This document shows, one piece after another, positions 23,936 through 37,382 of a stretch of 64,000 nt of DNA. Each line of letters opens with the position of its first letter. The first letter of the stretch is position 1. Both the position numbers and the translations under genes were made by a program. Below the pieces are notes generated by a model. That model worked only from the letters and a program-made list of their open reading frames with translations, did no database searches and was not told where the DNA came from. The DNA is from Octopus sinensis (taxonomy: Eukaryota), in the NCBI RefSeq assembly GCF_006345805.1, contig NC_043021.1, positions 17,670,001 to 17,734,000 on the forward strand, given 5' to 3'.

Positions 23936-24157
23936 CCCTTTTGATACCAACCCGGCCAAAACCGCCTCTGGCTCCGTAGTACAAATGTCTTACTTTCATA
24001 AGTATTGAATTAAAATCTTCCACCAAACCTTAGTCACAATTTGTGTTCCCAACACTAGCCTAATGATAACTAAGTTCTTTTGCTAAATTCCTTGTTATAA
24101 TTAAAATTAATTGAATGAAACACAGAGCATCTCACAATAAATATGGTAACAAAAGGG
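23936..24157. mobile_element. piggyBac-type MITE
   Basis: TTAA on both sides; TIR CCCTTTTGATACCA / TGGTAACAAAAGGG; degenerate reverse copy near 50296-50521. Confidence 0.85.
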
Positions 24158-24327
24158 TTAAAGTCCCAAATGATGGAAAAAAATCAATATGAGAGGTATA
24201 GGAAAAGTAGCAAAGTACCAAAATGTTGCAGTTTGGGGGGGGGGGTCAAATTGAAGCTAATAATTTTGTCACACAAACAATGCTGATGCAAAAGAAAAGA
24301 AAAAGAAAAGAGAAAAAAAAAACTTAC

Positions 24328-24387
24328 CCAACTGGTGTTTACACACCCTAGCATACAGTCTTAATTTAGCAGCAACTGGAGATTCAC
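24328..24387 (-). CDS. MED13: MED13 exon (GESPVAAKLRLYARVCKHQL), 60 nt
   Basis: TTTTCTAG acceptor, TGG|GTAAGT donor; KLxLYAxVC motif. Confidence 0.92.
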
Positions 24388-24493
24388 CTAGAAAACAATA
24401 AAAGGAAAAAAATGTTAATGAATGAAAGAGACAAAAGAAAAGGCTGTTGTGACAGTCATGGCTTTTCCAGTGATAACATTTATATATCTAAAA

Positions 24494-24694
24494 CAGTGCT
24501 TTTCAAACTTTTTGCTGGAGCGGAACCCCAAGGAAACATTCCACTGGCTCGAGGAACCCCTGTGCAATAATTTAATAGTCTTATGCACACATATCTGCAC
24601 AGGAGAACTAAAAATTACTGCCGATTTTAGCAGTTTTGTAACTTCTTGTGGAACCCCTGCACTGTACTGGCGGAACCCTGGTTGAAAATCACTG
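24494..24694. mobile_element. hAT (Charlie-like) MITE
   Basis: TIR CAGTGCTTTTCAA / TTGAAAATCACTG with a perfect 8-bp TSD ATCTAAAA (24486-24493, 24695-24702). Confidence 0.92.
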
Positions 24695-24879
24695 ATCTAA
24701 AAAGTCATAAGCAATTTATGTATTTAAGTCTATATTTCTGATCCACATATAACACGACAGTCACTAGAATCGGTGAATTGGGAGGTTAGAGATAAGGCTT
24801 GTCACATGGATGTGTAAATTCAAGTCTGCTGAAATGAATGAGATTTGGAATGGTTTTGGAAAGAGCTGAAACCACTTAC

Positions 24880-25129
24880 CAATATAATTAAACCAGTCTT
24901 CTATAGGTTCATCAGCATATTTTTGGGCAGCAGAATGGCCTACCTTCAGAATGCCATCCCGAAGTACTTTGGTTATAGGGCTATGTCGGCCCAGCCGACA
25001 CAGCTCGTATATTGTACTTAATTCTTTGAAAAAAAACCTTGCATTCTTCACAATGTATTCATTATCTGGACAAACCACTACATAAGCGATATCACGAGGC
25101 TTCCCATATGGTTCAAGAAGAAGCTTGTC
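24880..25129 (-). CDS. MED13: MED13 exon, MID region (DKLLLEPYGKPRDIAYVVVCP...CRLGRHSPI...DGILKVG), 250 nt
   Basis: TTTCAG|GAC acceptor, TTG|GTAAGT donor. Confidence 0.95.
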
Positions 25130-25914
25130 CTGAAATAAAGAAGGAATTGCAGTCAGGTGTATAACAAAAAAACAAAAGAAAGAGAATGGCATGAAAATGG
25201 TTTGGTTATTTCAGCCTAATTAACAATTCGTAAATTTGTAAAATTTCTTGATCATACAAATTCCTTTGTTTTTGTTTCTTTTTTTTGTTGTTGTTTTTTG
25301 ATGCCTTAATACCATGCTGTTATGAGGGATTTTAAAACTATTATTATGGATTAACCTCATAAGTACTCCAATGACTCCACATCAGTTTCATGCTTCTGTC
25401 CATGGTGGTGGGCAGGAACTGCTGCTGCTTCCACCATGTTGTCATTTTAATGTCCACTTTTCCATACTTGCATGGGTCAGGTGGAATTTGAGGATGAAGA
25501 TTTCGTACAGCTGGATACCCTTCCTGCCACCAACCCTTCCTTGTTTCTTAGCAAAGTAACACTTCCTCATGGCCAGGCATGTTAACACAGAAGATTGAAA
25601 ATGAGCAATACTGCTTGCATGGGGGTGATACTCATTTAGGGGCTATCATGTGATGTCACGGCAAGGAGACACAAGCACAACGACCCTTATGCGTACACAC
25701 TCACTCACACAGAGGCTTCTTTCAGTTTTTGTCTCTCAAATTCATTCACAAAATTTTGGTGACCCTAGAGCTATGCAAATACTTGCCTAAGGGCAATGCA
25801 ATGGGACTGAACCCAAACCCACATGGTTAGGGAGCCAACTTCTAAGTCATACAGCTTCAGAGAGTCTTCAGCTGAACAAACTGAAGTAAACAGTGGGTTG
25901 TGTATTTAAAATAA

Positions 25915-26170
25915 AATAAATACGCCCTTTTAAAGCCTAACCAGGCGCACGGGCCTGGTTTCCCAGTTTCCGTAGCGTATTTATTCCCAAGCTGGATGGG
26001 ATGCCAGTCCATCGCAGCCTTACTCATTTTTGCCAGCCGAGTGGACTGGAGCAACGTGAAATGAAGTGGTTTTGCTCAATAACACAATGCATCGCCCGGT
26101 CCAGGAATCAAAACCACAATCTTACGATCATGATGCTGACACCCTAACCACTAAGCCACGTGCCTCCACA
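25915..26170 (-). mobile_element. tRNA-headed SINE (family A-related tail variant)
   Basis: Head GGCACGTGGCTTAGTGGTTAGGGTG on the minus strand; shared central domain. Confidence 0.8.
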
Positions 26171-26635
26171 TTGTGTATTAAACAAGACCAAAAGTAAAAC
26201 ATGCTGCTGCTCCCCAGACCAAACGAACTTCCTAAATCCCTTGTCTTCTCTTGACTGTTTCCCTCCCCTCCACCTTCCTCCACTAACACTTTACCTATTT
26301 TTCCTTTTTTCTCCAATGAGAAATTTTGCCCAAATAATTTTCTTCTTCTACAACTCATTCCACCCTTGAATTATTTCTATGACCAGATATTCCAGCTATA
26401 ACCATCCCATTTTTAAAATTATTATTTAGGTTCATTTCTTTTTTTTTTTTTTAACAGCTGAGTGAGATTTCATGGAGATTTGCTGTACTTTCTATGAGGT
26501 CAAGCAATGTATGTAGCCTCATTCATTTAGCTTTTGTCAAACCCTTAACACACAGATTTAAATGATCCAATAAGTTAACATGCCTGTATGGCAACATACC
26601 CACCACAGCCTGGACATCATAATTGTTCTACTTAC

Positions 26636-26733
26636 CCAATAAGGGAGTGCATATGGTGATACAGACAACCAGTCTTTATCATAGCCAACAAGAAATGAAG
26701 GAATTGGTTGGGGCTCAGAATTCTCTTCTGTTC
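26636..26733 (-). CDS. MED13: MED13 exon ([33 protein letters not shown]), 98 nt
   Basis: ATTTCAG acceptor, TGG|GTAAGT donor; conserved EPxPIPxFLxGYD; not in the ORF track. Confidence 0.95.
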
Positions 26734-27029
26734 CTGAAATAAGATGACAATAAAAACATTAAATCAATATCTGCAGATATATCTCAGTTCGAATAACAAT
26801 ATAAATATATAATCAATATTTGTAATCAATAAAGAATGCTAGCATGCAGGAATAGAACTGTTTACAGCTCTATCTCTCTCTGGTGGGGGGTAGGAACAGT
26901 GAGTTGGCAGAATCATCAGAGCATTGAACAAAATACCTTACAGTATCTGTTCTGGCTCTTCCCTTTCTGAGATTGAAACCTGTGTGTGTGTGTGTGTGTG
27001 AAAGAGAGAGAGAGAAAGAGGGGGGGCAA

Positions 27030-27370
27030 AGCAGATGAACAACTCCAGAGAGCACCACATGTACCCCTGTCAGAGGTACTATTCCGCATCGACACATCTA
27101 ATGCAGCAAACATTGGCATCGAAGTGACTACATCATAGTCAGGAGATGGGACAGGTGGGATGATGAGGTGCCAAAAGGCCATATATGACACAGAAGGCCG
27201 GACAGACCACAAATTCATTCTCACAAAACTCCACAAATACGTCCAGCCGAGGTGGCAACCACAAGGGAAGCTATCAAGCAAGTGACTAAACATCGTGTCA
27301 CAATGTGAAACAGAACCTCTGAGAGGACCTGGACAGTAAGTTGAGCAACCTGACATTGGTACAATGAGAG
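27030..27370 (+). mobile_element. Decayed RTE-clade LINE endonuclease fragment
   Basis: Manual translation across one frameshift: SKHWHRSDYIIVRRWDR..VPK/AIYDTEGRTDHKFILTKLHKYVQPRWQPQGK, matching the RTE pattern SKHWHLIDYIIVRRRD...CWTDHRL. Confidence 0.8.
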
Positions 27371-28934
27371 CAGAAGAGGACTGCCTGTCTGTCTGTCTGT
27401 CTCTCTCTCTCTTTGTGTAAATATTTACATTCCGCATCCTCCCACAAAAGTCTATCAGCACAAAAACAGTGGCATTATGTTGGCATTCCCCAATAATAAC
27501 TGATCCTGTGACACTGTGCTTTCAATTCCACCTTTTACTTGTTTGTCACTTGACTGCACCCATTCTGGGGAACATCTCAGAGGGTTCAATTAGACAAATC
27601 ACAACCAGTACATCTTTCCTTTTTTATATTTATCTATTTTTGAAGTCTGGTAGTTATTCTATTGGTCTCTTTTGCTGAACCACTAAGTTACAGAATAAAA
27701 GAAATCCCTGACTTAAAAACCAAATAAAGGTTCAATATGTATTCATCCAACCCACACAAGAATGAAACAAAAAAAAAAAGATATAAAATGAATTTATATA
27801 CACTAATACGATTTTTATGTAAATTATTTTAAAGTTTAAACTTTAAATAATCATTAAGAATTTCATCTCTACTACATTTCTAATTGTGTCTAATCCATTT
27901 TAATTCTATCTAAATTGTTTCGTACTTATGGCTGCAATATTTACGATCATGATAACAACCCATGTTAATGACATTGGGGAAAATGTTGAATGACACAGCA
28001 TGCAATTCCAACTTAAAAGAAAGATAATGCAAACAATATCAATCTGTTGGTCACCCTACTTTGTAATGGTTTTGTCATCTCATATTTATCAATATTAGGG
28101 ACACTGTCAAGGACTCTTTTTTTTTTTTTTTTTTTTGCCTTCTCCCTACACTTTTATATCAATTATTCTTGGGTTTATAATGAGGAGTTAGTTTTAGTAG
28201 AATCAATTGATTTAACAGCTGAATGGATGACTTCTCTTCAATTAACCATTCAAGTATGAGAAAGCCATAGAATGTGGTTTTTGTCCATAAAAGACATTCT
28301 GGTGCATACAGAGTTACGTACCTTTGTTGCTCACCATTCCACAACACAACTAAGCCTATTAAAGGTTTTATTACACTAACGCCGCTGTTATTACTGTAGC
28401 ACTTTATCCCTACAGTCATTACTCTTCATGCTCCTAGATAATAATCACAATGAGAATAATTTTAATGATATAGACCATAAATACAGTTATGTCTCTGTGT
28501 CTTATTATTTAATCAGATGAAGGTGGCTAGCTCTGAAGAAGTTATCGTACTCTGTGCAAAGTGCTTAAGCGGCATTTTGTCTGTCTTTACGTCCAGAGTT
28601 CAAATTCTGTTACGGTCATCTTTACCTTTCGTCCTTTCGGGATCAGTTAAATTAATTACCAGTAAAGCAGGGGGGGGGGGTCGATGTAACTGGCTAGCCC
28701 CCTCCCCCAAATTTCAGGTGTTGTACCGATAGTAGAAAAATTTAGTCAGATGGAGGTGTGTGTGTGTGTGTGTGTGTGGGGGGGTCCTATGATGTTTGTT
28801 GGCTCACTTAGGGTAGTTAGTTTAATGGGATTGATGTCAGCAGCTATAGAAGGTAGACAATGAGCAAGGAAAGAATTCCAGGGACATACAATTTAGGGAT
28901 GCATTAGAGATGACGAGAAAGAAAGACAGGCAGA

Positions 28935-29165
28935 TAAATGAACCTGTGAGGAGAGATGGTCGGGCGAAATGCATAGCCGTAATTCGTCTGTCGTTACATT
29001 GTGAGTTCAAATTCCGCCAAGGTCGACTTTGCCTTTCATCCTTTCGGGGGTCGATAAAATTAAGTACCAGTTACGCACTGGGGTCAATGTAATTGACTTA
29101 ATACCTATGTCTGTCTTTGTTTGTCCCCTCTGTGTTTAGCCCCTTGTGGGTAATAAAGAAATGGG
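28935..29165 (+). mobile_element. tRNA-headed SINE family B (GAGTTCAAATTCCGCC..GTCGACTTTGCCTTTCATCCTTTCGGGGTCGATAAA; Meta-domain-like)
   Basis: Near-identical to copies at 37155, 40051 and 42251. Confidence 0.85.
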
Positions 29166-29353
29166 TATTTAGCTTGATAGTTCTGATGAGCAGAAGCTGT
29201 GGTAGCAGTAGAAGAAGAGAGAAACAAGTGAAAAGAGAGAGAGAGAGAGAGTGTGTGTGGGTGTGTGGGTGTGTGCACCAGTGGTTGAAGAAATAAGAGA
29301 ATAAAAGTATTGTTATGAAAAACAAGTGTGAAGGCAAGATGTGTTCGACTTAC

Positions 29354-29524
29354 CTCTGCCTGCCAGCTGATGGAAATCTTTCCAACTAAGAGGACCAGAC
29401 AACTTATAAGTGTGCTCCCATAACCGCATGGTGCGTTTCTTCTGTATGGCATCTGACAATAAAGGCTGTAAGGATTTCAACAGGCGTAGGACGTCCTGCG
29501 AGTTCAGAGGTATTCTGTTGGCAC
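29354..29524 (-). CDS. MED13: MED13 exon ([24 protein letters not shown]...[14 protein letters not shown]), 171 nt
   Basis: TTTAACAG|GT acceptor, GAG|GTAAGT donor; highly conserved block. Confidence 0.95.
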
Positions 29525-29711
29525 CTGTTAAAACCAAATTGAGAATTTGTTGAAACTGACTGTAATTTTCAGATATAAGCAGTACAAAAAAGTAGCAAAC
29601 TAACTGTGCTTTGATGATAGTCATTTTAGTACAAAAGATCTCTCACTTTCTCTCTCTCATACACATACAATAATGTGGATTATTGGAACTAGTTCATTTG
29701 ACTTCATTAGT

Positions 29712-29956
29712 CATCATCATCATCATTGTTTAGCGTCCGTTTTCCATGCTAGCATGGGTTGGACGGTTCTACTGGGGTCTGTGAAGCCAGAAGGCTTCAT
29801 CAGGCCCAGTCAAATCTGGCAGTGTTTCTACGGCTGGATGCCCTTCCTAACGCCAACCACTCCGTGAGTGTAGTGGGTGCTTTTTACGTGCTACCCGCAC
29901 AGGTGCCAGACAGAGCTGGCAAACGGCCACGAACGGATGGTGCTTTTTACGTGCCG
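29712..29956 (-). mobile_element. Family D retroposon with about 1 monomer
   Basis: (CAT)n then TTTAGCGTCCGTTTTCCATGCTAGCATGG; monomer ACAGGTGCCAGAC..GGCTGGC..ACGGCCACG..CGGATGGTG. Confidence 0.85.
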
Positions 29957-30337
29957 TAATTAAAGTGAAACTATCACGAGTCAAAACCAAGTTGCAGGAA
30001 CAATTTGCCAGGAATTTATCTTCTACTTTACAGCAATAGTCACTTTAACAAAACATGATGACTAGAAATTCTGAAGCTATCTCACAATGTTTGATAATAT
30101 AAACCTCATATAAAGATATGCTGCTGGAGACTATGGCAATTATGCAAAGCAACACAAAGATTTGTATATGAGCAGTGTTCATACAACTGAAAAATGAACA
30201 AACTAGATACTATCTTGTACCAAACTGTTATGTAATCTGGAAAAGATAAATCTTCCTGGAGCAGACTGAACAGTGCTGAAATGAAAAATGGGTTTTTTTT
30301 TTGTTTTTTTTAAATTTATAACAAGTGGCAAACCTAC

Positions 30338-30463
30338 CTTGCAAGTAAGGCCATCTATGTAAACAGGAGGATTTTATCTGTGGATCGTCTAGTTTTGAAG
30401 GTGAACAATTATCAGCAGCTAGACAGCCCTGCTGGAGAGCTGTGAAAGCAGCTTCATTGCTAT
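30338..30463 (-). CDS. MED13: MED13 exon (DSNEAAFTALQQG...KSSCLHRWPYLQ), 126 nt
   Basis: TCTCTTGCAG acceptor, AAG|GTAGGT donor; KSSCLHxW motif. Confidence 0.92.
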
Positions 30464-32429
30464 CTGCAAGAGAAATAAAAGTGAAAGTCTTAATATGAGA
30501 ATTTGCTGTTGTATGTACACAAAGTTTAAGAAACAATATCATAGAACTTTATTACTAGAAGTAAACAATATTATTGACAGACACCTAAACAGCACAACAA
30601 AACTATCATTTCCTAGTGAGAACAGTTGACATGAATAAACTCAACCAACATTCCTAGCCACTGAGAAAAGATGGCCATTGGTACAGTGTATCACACATAC
30701 AAGGATAGTGCTTATAGATGTGTGTTCTTTAGACAATATGGTCATGTTGGACACTGGCTTCACACACACACACACACACACACACAAGATGGTGGAGGGG
30801 AAACAGGGATATTTCTCTCTTTTAAATAGGAAAAGGTAATCTGAACTGTGCAATGATTGTGAATCCTCTGTGACTAAAAGAGAGAGTGACACAATGATAG
30901 ACTACTTAACCTACAAAACTGTGTTGTTGATGATGACGATGATAATAATGTGTTTAATTTATTTTATAGTAACTACTGGAAATGGTTGGGAATGAAACTT
31001 TTCCCAATAGATGGGGCCAAAATTACTGGGGCTTCAAGTTACGCTTGTTGACATCTTGATGTAGATAAACAAATGTAGAGTAACTGGACCAGAAAATGTG
31101 AGATCTTTCACATTAAGGACAAAGCATGACTTGATTTCATTTGTGTTTATGTAAGAGGATGCAAAGACAACTGAATCTCCCTGTCAATGGTACTTGTGTT
31201 CAAGACTTCAAGGATGTGATTGTTTATTTTCACAATGACATTGTAAGATAGGTGTGGTCAGTTTTAACATAAAACAGGTAGAATATTTAGGCTAGTTGAA
31301 AAGCTAAAGGGTCAAGGAAGACAGCAAGTGGTAAGGTAACCTTGGCACAAAAAGGTTAGGTATTACTGAGAAAATATGTCTCCCAGCTTCAGAGAGTGAA
31401 TTGTTGATGTCAGTGAGAAAGAGAACCAGAGATAGCGGACTGTTGAGCTGATTCTTACTTGACAGGATTAATTAGGATGAAGAGAAAGAGTAATTATATC
31501 AATATTAGCAGCTACAACTGAGCAAACTGATAGAAAACTTTCTAATCCAGGTTGCTCTCACTGGGTGGAGACAGAAGGTATTCAGACTGCCATACCAGTC
31601 TTTGTTTTTTTTTACATCAGGAGACTTTAGTATCAGGAGTAATAAATGTTTCACTTTTGTGAAAATGTTCAAGGACAAAAGATCACTGCTGGGCAATACA
31701 GGAAAACAGGACTGGTTCAATTGGAGGGTCAGCAATGAAAGAAAGGTATTCAAAGTGGTCATTTATAGTGGTCAATTCTCTACATTAACAAAGGAATGTT
31801 TACTGAATGCAGCAATGAGCATCAAATTTTAGTGAAACTGTGGACTATGTCAACAAATACTAAGAATGAAAAGTTCACAAAACAGGATAAATTTTGGGGC
31901 TATAAGAAAGAAGAGAAGACTAACATCCTTTCTCTGTCTCTCCCTCCAGTAAAGGGTTCTGTTCAAAATGATGGAGTAAATATTCATATTTAATCTCAGA
32001 CATTGTTTTTATTATAAAGGCAGGGGGGGCGGGATCACAATTCTATCACTAACAGGGATAAGAATTCTATTAAATCCTTCCAATCTGTCAATTTCAGGCC
32101 ATTATAAACCACCAACTTAACAAGTTCCAGTAATACAATTGATATTAATAAAATCTTGCTTGAATTTTGAACCATTGATAATATAAGGCAGATTTTCCAT
32201 GGTTGGATGCCCTTCTTGTTTACAAGCAAAGGAATAATAGTTCCCCCCCATGGTCAGATATGTCTTCGGCAGATTTTGGAAATGAACAGCTCAAACAAGT
32301 ACACACACACACACACACACACATTTGGATATATAATGGGTTTTTCTCGGTTTCCATCTTCCAAATCCACTTACAAGGTTTTGGTCAGTCCAGAACTATA
32401 GTAGAAGAGACTTGCCTAAAGAACCACCC

Positions 32430-32770
32430 TTTATCATCATCATCATTTAACGTCCATTTTCCATGCCGGCATGGGTTGGACGGTTTGACTGAGGGCTGGC
32501 AAGCCAAAAGGCTGCACCAAGCTCCAATCCAATCTGACAAAGTTTCTACAGTTGGATACCCTTCCTAATGCCAACCACTCCAAGAGTGTAGTGGCTGCTT
32601 TTTACATGCCACCGGTATGAGGGCCAGTCAGGCAGTACTTGCATCAATCACATTTGAATGGTGCTTTTTACATGCCACCAGCACGGGACCAGTAGGCTGG
32701 TACTGGCATCGATCACACTCAAATGGTGCTTTTTTATGTGCCACCAGCACGGGAGCCAGTCAGGCGGCAG
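32430..32770 (-). mobile_element. Family D retroposon with about 3 divergent monomers, nested in a family C SINE
   Basis: Interrupts the family C copy between about 32420 and 32770. Confidence 0.7.
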
Positions 32771-34554
32771 GAACCCAAGACCATGTAGTTGGAAAGCAAA
32801 CTTCTCGATTACACAGCCGCACCTCTGCACATGCGCACACTTATATAGATGTGTGTGTGTGTGTGTGTAATGTTGATAATGTTTACTGCCAAGAGATAAA
32901 AGAAAAACATGATATTGTTCTCTCGCATAAGCAAAATCATAATTATATAATTAAGAAACTTCTTACAGGGCTGTACCCTCATCAGAGAGGTTGTACAAAA
33001 CATCATCAATAGTATTAACATTCTTATTATCCTTTAAATCAGTGACATTTCACCCATTTTCAAAATTTAAAAAGAAAAAAAAAGATTAAAAAACCAGCCA
33101 TTGAGAGAGGGGTCCTAACATATAGCTTCTAATTTCAAATGCCTAGTTTTACGTAAATGAGGCAAAAAAATTTTTTTAAACTTCCCAGAAGATAGGGAGT
33201 CAGTGTTTTGCTGGCAAACATCCCCTATATGATCTGTCACATATTCCCAACAGCAATGTAAAGTGAGGCATTATTTATCCCAGATACAATAAAATATCAG
33301 CAACAGATATGGACAAGACTGGATTGTCCAAGAGATTTCATTATCAACACTGCCGGTTCACTTCATTGTTTTGGAAGCTATCAATCTCATAAGCTCAATT
33401 TGGTGATGACCAGGTCAATTATTCAAATTACCTACCTAGCAATCAACAATTAAACAGTGAATATAGTGTATGTGTGATGATGGAATGTGGCCTAGTGGTG
33501 AGACTGTTGCACTCATAGACACAAGATTGTGGTTTCAATTCTCGGTTCAGGTGGTGCATTGTGTTCTTGAGCAATGACACTGCATTTCACAATGCTCCAG
33601 TTCACTCAGTGGGGAATGTTGTGCACTTGGTCACCTATATGCCATGGAAACCGAGTAACTGGCCCCTCTGAGCTCTAAGGGCTCAAAGCTGTACTTTTAC
33701 TTTACATAGCAAATCTGTGTGTGTAAGGAAACCTTTTACCACAATCTGTGACTGGTTGCAAATATTTCACTTGAAAAAACACAGCTTGGAATAATGGGTC
33801 TGAGGCAGTACCAATACAGAAGAGTAAGAGGAGGAGGAGGAGGAAGAAGAAGAAGAAGAGTGAGAAAACCAAGAACAAACATGCAGTAAAATAAAATACA
33901 AAGGTTGTAGAAAGAGGTACGTGAGGAGACGAAGAAGAAAGAATAATGAGGTAGAGAGGAAGGTAGGGGGAGAGCAAGTAGTGGTGGCAACAAAAGAGAG
34001 TAAGGCAGAGCCAACAATATAATATAGCTGAGTTATTCAGTACAACAGATTAAAGTCAATCTTACAAGAGAGAGAAACGAATAGCACCCATTACAGCTCT
34101 AGGATGTTATAGAAATAAATATTTAAAAATCAATCTGATTGCTAACAAAGCAAACATGATAAGGAGATCAAAATGCTAGCAAGATATCTAATATACAAAC
34201 ACACAAACACACACACACACACACACACAATACATTCTTGTTTAATGAACAATAAAATATTTGTTAGCACTGTGTGCCTATTTAGAGTAATGTTAAAGGA
34301 AGCAGTTAGCGAGGGTGACATTTTGTACCGGTTTAACCAGAATGATAACTAAGACAGCCAGAATAAGATATTTATTCAGCTGTGAGATGGCCAACTTTAA
34401 GCATTTATTTTTCCCCCCACTTTTAATTTTGTCTGTCATTCTTTCGAACACTCACATGAAAGTATTTCTCCAAAGAAGGATCAGCGATATGCAAATTAGT
34501 TACCAATGTTTGACTAAACTTGGATACAGAAATAAACAACAGAGTAACAATATA

Positions 34555-34559
<5 letters not shown>

Positions 34560-34624
<65 letters not shown>

Positions 34625-34634
34625 ATATATACAC
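34560..34634. repeat. (TA)n microsatellite
   Basis: Direct inspection. Confidence 0.9.
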
Positions 34635-34790
34635 AATTCATAAATATTATTTATGAATTGTTTATAATTGCCCTTATTTATGAATTGTTTATAAAGTTAA
34701 CCTTTAACAGTATTTTTTAATATGCTGGCCATTGATAAGATTTTTTATGGAAAATAATTTTTTTCAAAAAAAATTTTATCCTACATTAAG

Positions 34791-34821
<31 letters not shown>

Positions 34822-35443
34822 TATATACTGTGTCACCTGTGAAAGAGGTTGCTTGAAATATCTCAACCAATTCATCACAAAACAATGTCTGAATCAAGCA
34901 CTTCAAATTGATGGTAGTTTCTTCATTCTGCAAATTCTTACTGAACAACCAGCACCAGTGGTTTGTTTATAGTGATCAACAAATATTTGTGCTGCACATA
35001 AGCTCACATGTCCCTGCATCACATCAACATCACCCATACATGTGCACGGTGTGCTATACATCACGTGCCAAACCAGCTGCAGAGCAACACGTGATGAAGT
35101 GTTTTGCTCAAGAACACAACACACCTCCCAGTCCAGGAATCAAACCTATGATCTTGCAATCGTGGGTGTAACACCCTAACTACTAGGCCCTATGCCCTCA
35201 TAAACAACACTTCAATACACCCATTCATTTTCCAGCAGTTTATGTACCCCACAACACACACAACTTCGAGAAATAAATTCCCAATTCTCTATAAATTATC
35301 TCCCCTTTTCTGTGGAAGTATCTAACTGCTTCTAGGCTTATGCTTTAATTCATCTGGGAAGATTATTTCAATGAAATCCATGCCATTAGCCCATTTGAGT
35401 ACTTCCCCTATCTCATATTTTTAATTATGCAAAATATAGAGAG

Positions 35444-35628
35444 CAAAGGTTCCCAACATTTTTGCACTAGCGACCCTTTACCCAAAAGCTTGAAACCCAC
35501 ACAACCCCACTACTATCAGCAGCTTGATTTACATTTTAATTAATTATTATTATCCTAAGTCACTTCTAGCAAGGCTACACGACCCCACCACCCTCAGGGG
35601 GTCGGGAACCACCAGTTGGGAACCCCTG
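35444..35628. mobile_element. hAT-type MITE
   Basis: TIR CAAAGGTTCCCAAC / GTTGGGAACCCCTG; imperfect 8-bp TSD (ATAGAGAG / ATGTAGAG). Confidence 0.7.
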
Positions 35629-35924
35629 ATGTAGAGGCTTAAAATTATTCATCCATCTTTCTATAAATGTAAAAAAAATTATGTCAACAGATCAACAGGC
35701 TTAGTAAGACTGCACTGTGGACGGTAAGACCTAAACAGTCTAAAAACAGTTGTGCCCCTACCCTCCACAACTCCTGCAAGCAAGGACCATGTCTTGAGCA
35801 ATTAATTCCTAATTTCTTAAAATTTCCTCCCCATTTCCTTGAGAGTCATTAACAAATTGTTACTGGGCTTTTCTAATTGGTTTTTGCAAACTGAGGAAAT
35901 TTCAATTAAATTTTTTTCCATATA

Positions 35925-36570
35925 GGCGCAGACATGGCTGTGTGGTAAGAAGTTTTGCTTACCAACCACAAGGCTCTGGGTTCAATCACACTGCGGCAAA
36001 TGTGCTCTACGATAAACTCAGGCCAACCAAAACCATGAGAGTGGATTTGGTAAGACAGAAACTGAAAGAAACCCAGTGTGTGTGTGTGTGTGTGAGAGAG
36101 AGAGTGAGAGAGAGAGAGAGAGATAGAGAGACTGTCTGTCTGTCCCCCAACCCCACTTGTCAACTAGTGTTGATGTGTTTAATCCTTTAGCATTTAAACC
36201 GGCCATATCCGGCCAAAAGTATTCTGCCTGTTTTATGTTCAAAATGGCCAGATCTGGTCTCTCACACCAACCCTACAATATCGTTTTAAAAATTAACAGC
36301 TACCTCATCAAAATCTCAAAGCTACAAGATTAATGCCTGATTAGTTCAAGGCAATGTGGATGAAAAAGCATTAATTTTGGTAGAATAAAGTGAACACTAA
36401 AGGGTTAAATCCCTGCAACTTAGCAGTTCAGCAAAAATGATTGACAGAATAAGTACCAAGCTTTACAAAAAGTTAAATAAGTTTTGGGGTTGATTCGTTT
36501 GACTAAAACTCTTCGAGGCAGTGTCCCAGCATGGCTGCAGTCTAGTGGCCTGAGACGAGCAAAAGATGAA
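35925..36570 (+). mobile_element. SINE family C with a nested piggyBac-type MITE (36183-36404)
   Basis: Head GGCGCAGACATGGCTGTGTGGTAAGAAG; MITE flanked by TTAA at 36179-36182 and 36405-36408. Confidence 0.8.
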
Positions 36571-37154
36571 GCATAACTTCAATTTTCACACACACACACA
36601 CACACACACAAACACTTTGTGTGAGAGAGCAAGAGTCTCTCTGTTTCCCAGTGTCCCAATTTCTCTATAACCCATTATTATACAATAACATCTCTCTCTC
36701 TCTCTCACTATCATTGCTGGTCATAATGTGAGTGAGTGATCGTAATACTTGCTTTCAAACCATGGGATATCAGGATCAGTCCCACTGCATGCCACCTTGG
36801 ACAAGTGTCTTTTAGTATATACCCTGAGCAAACTAAAGCCTACTGAGTGGAAACTGAGAAGAAACCCATTGAATGTACACAAGTGTGAGTGCACACTTGT
36901 CTCAACATCACATGGTGATTGCAAGCAAGTATCACTGTCATACAAGAGATGTTGCTTGTTTCCAGTCTCCCCTGCAGAATTTGTCTAGTCGTGGGCAATA
37001 GATTGTGTTGTTTGGAAACAGGTGGGAGTTGGTGACAGTTAGGGCCTTCAGCCAAAGCAGACAATGAAGCCTGGTGCAGACCCTGGCCTTATCAGCACCT
37101 CTCGAAGCATCCAACCCATGCCAGCATGGAAGGCAGATGTTAAATGATGATGAC

Positions 37155-37382
37155 GGCAAGCTGGCAGAATCGTTAGCACGTCAGGCGAAATGCGTAGCTG
37201 TATTTCGTCTGCCGTTACGTTCTGAGTTCAAATTCCGCCGAGGTCGACTTTGCCTTTCATCCTTTCGGGGTCGATAAATTAAGTACCAGTTACTCACTGG
37301 GGTCGATGTAATCGACTTAATCCGTTTGTCTGTCCTTGTTTGTCCCCTCTGTGTTTAGCCCCTTGTGGGCAGTAAAGAAATA
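37155..37382 (+). mobile_element. SINE family B inserted into the (GAT)n tail of a family D fragment
   Basis: GATGATGACGG duplicated on both sides. Confidence 0.88.

Noticed and set aside
26916-27461. 181-aa minus-strand ORF as a MED13 exon or nested gene
   Set aside because: Antisense to the RTE remnant and bounded by microsatellites; exons 29354 and 26733 already join in phase
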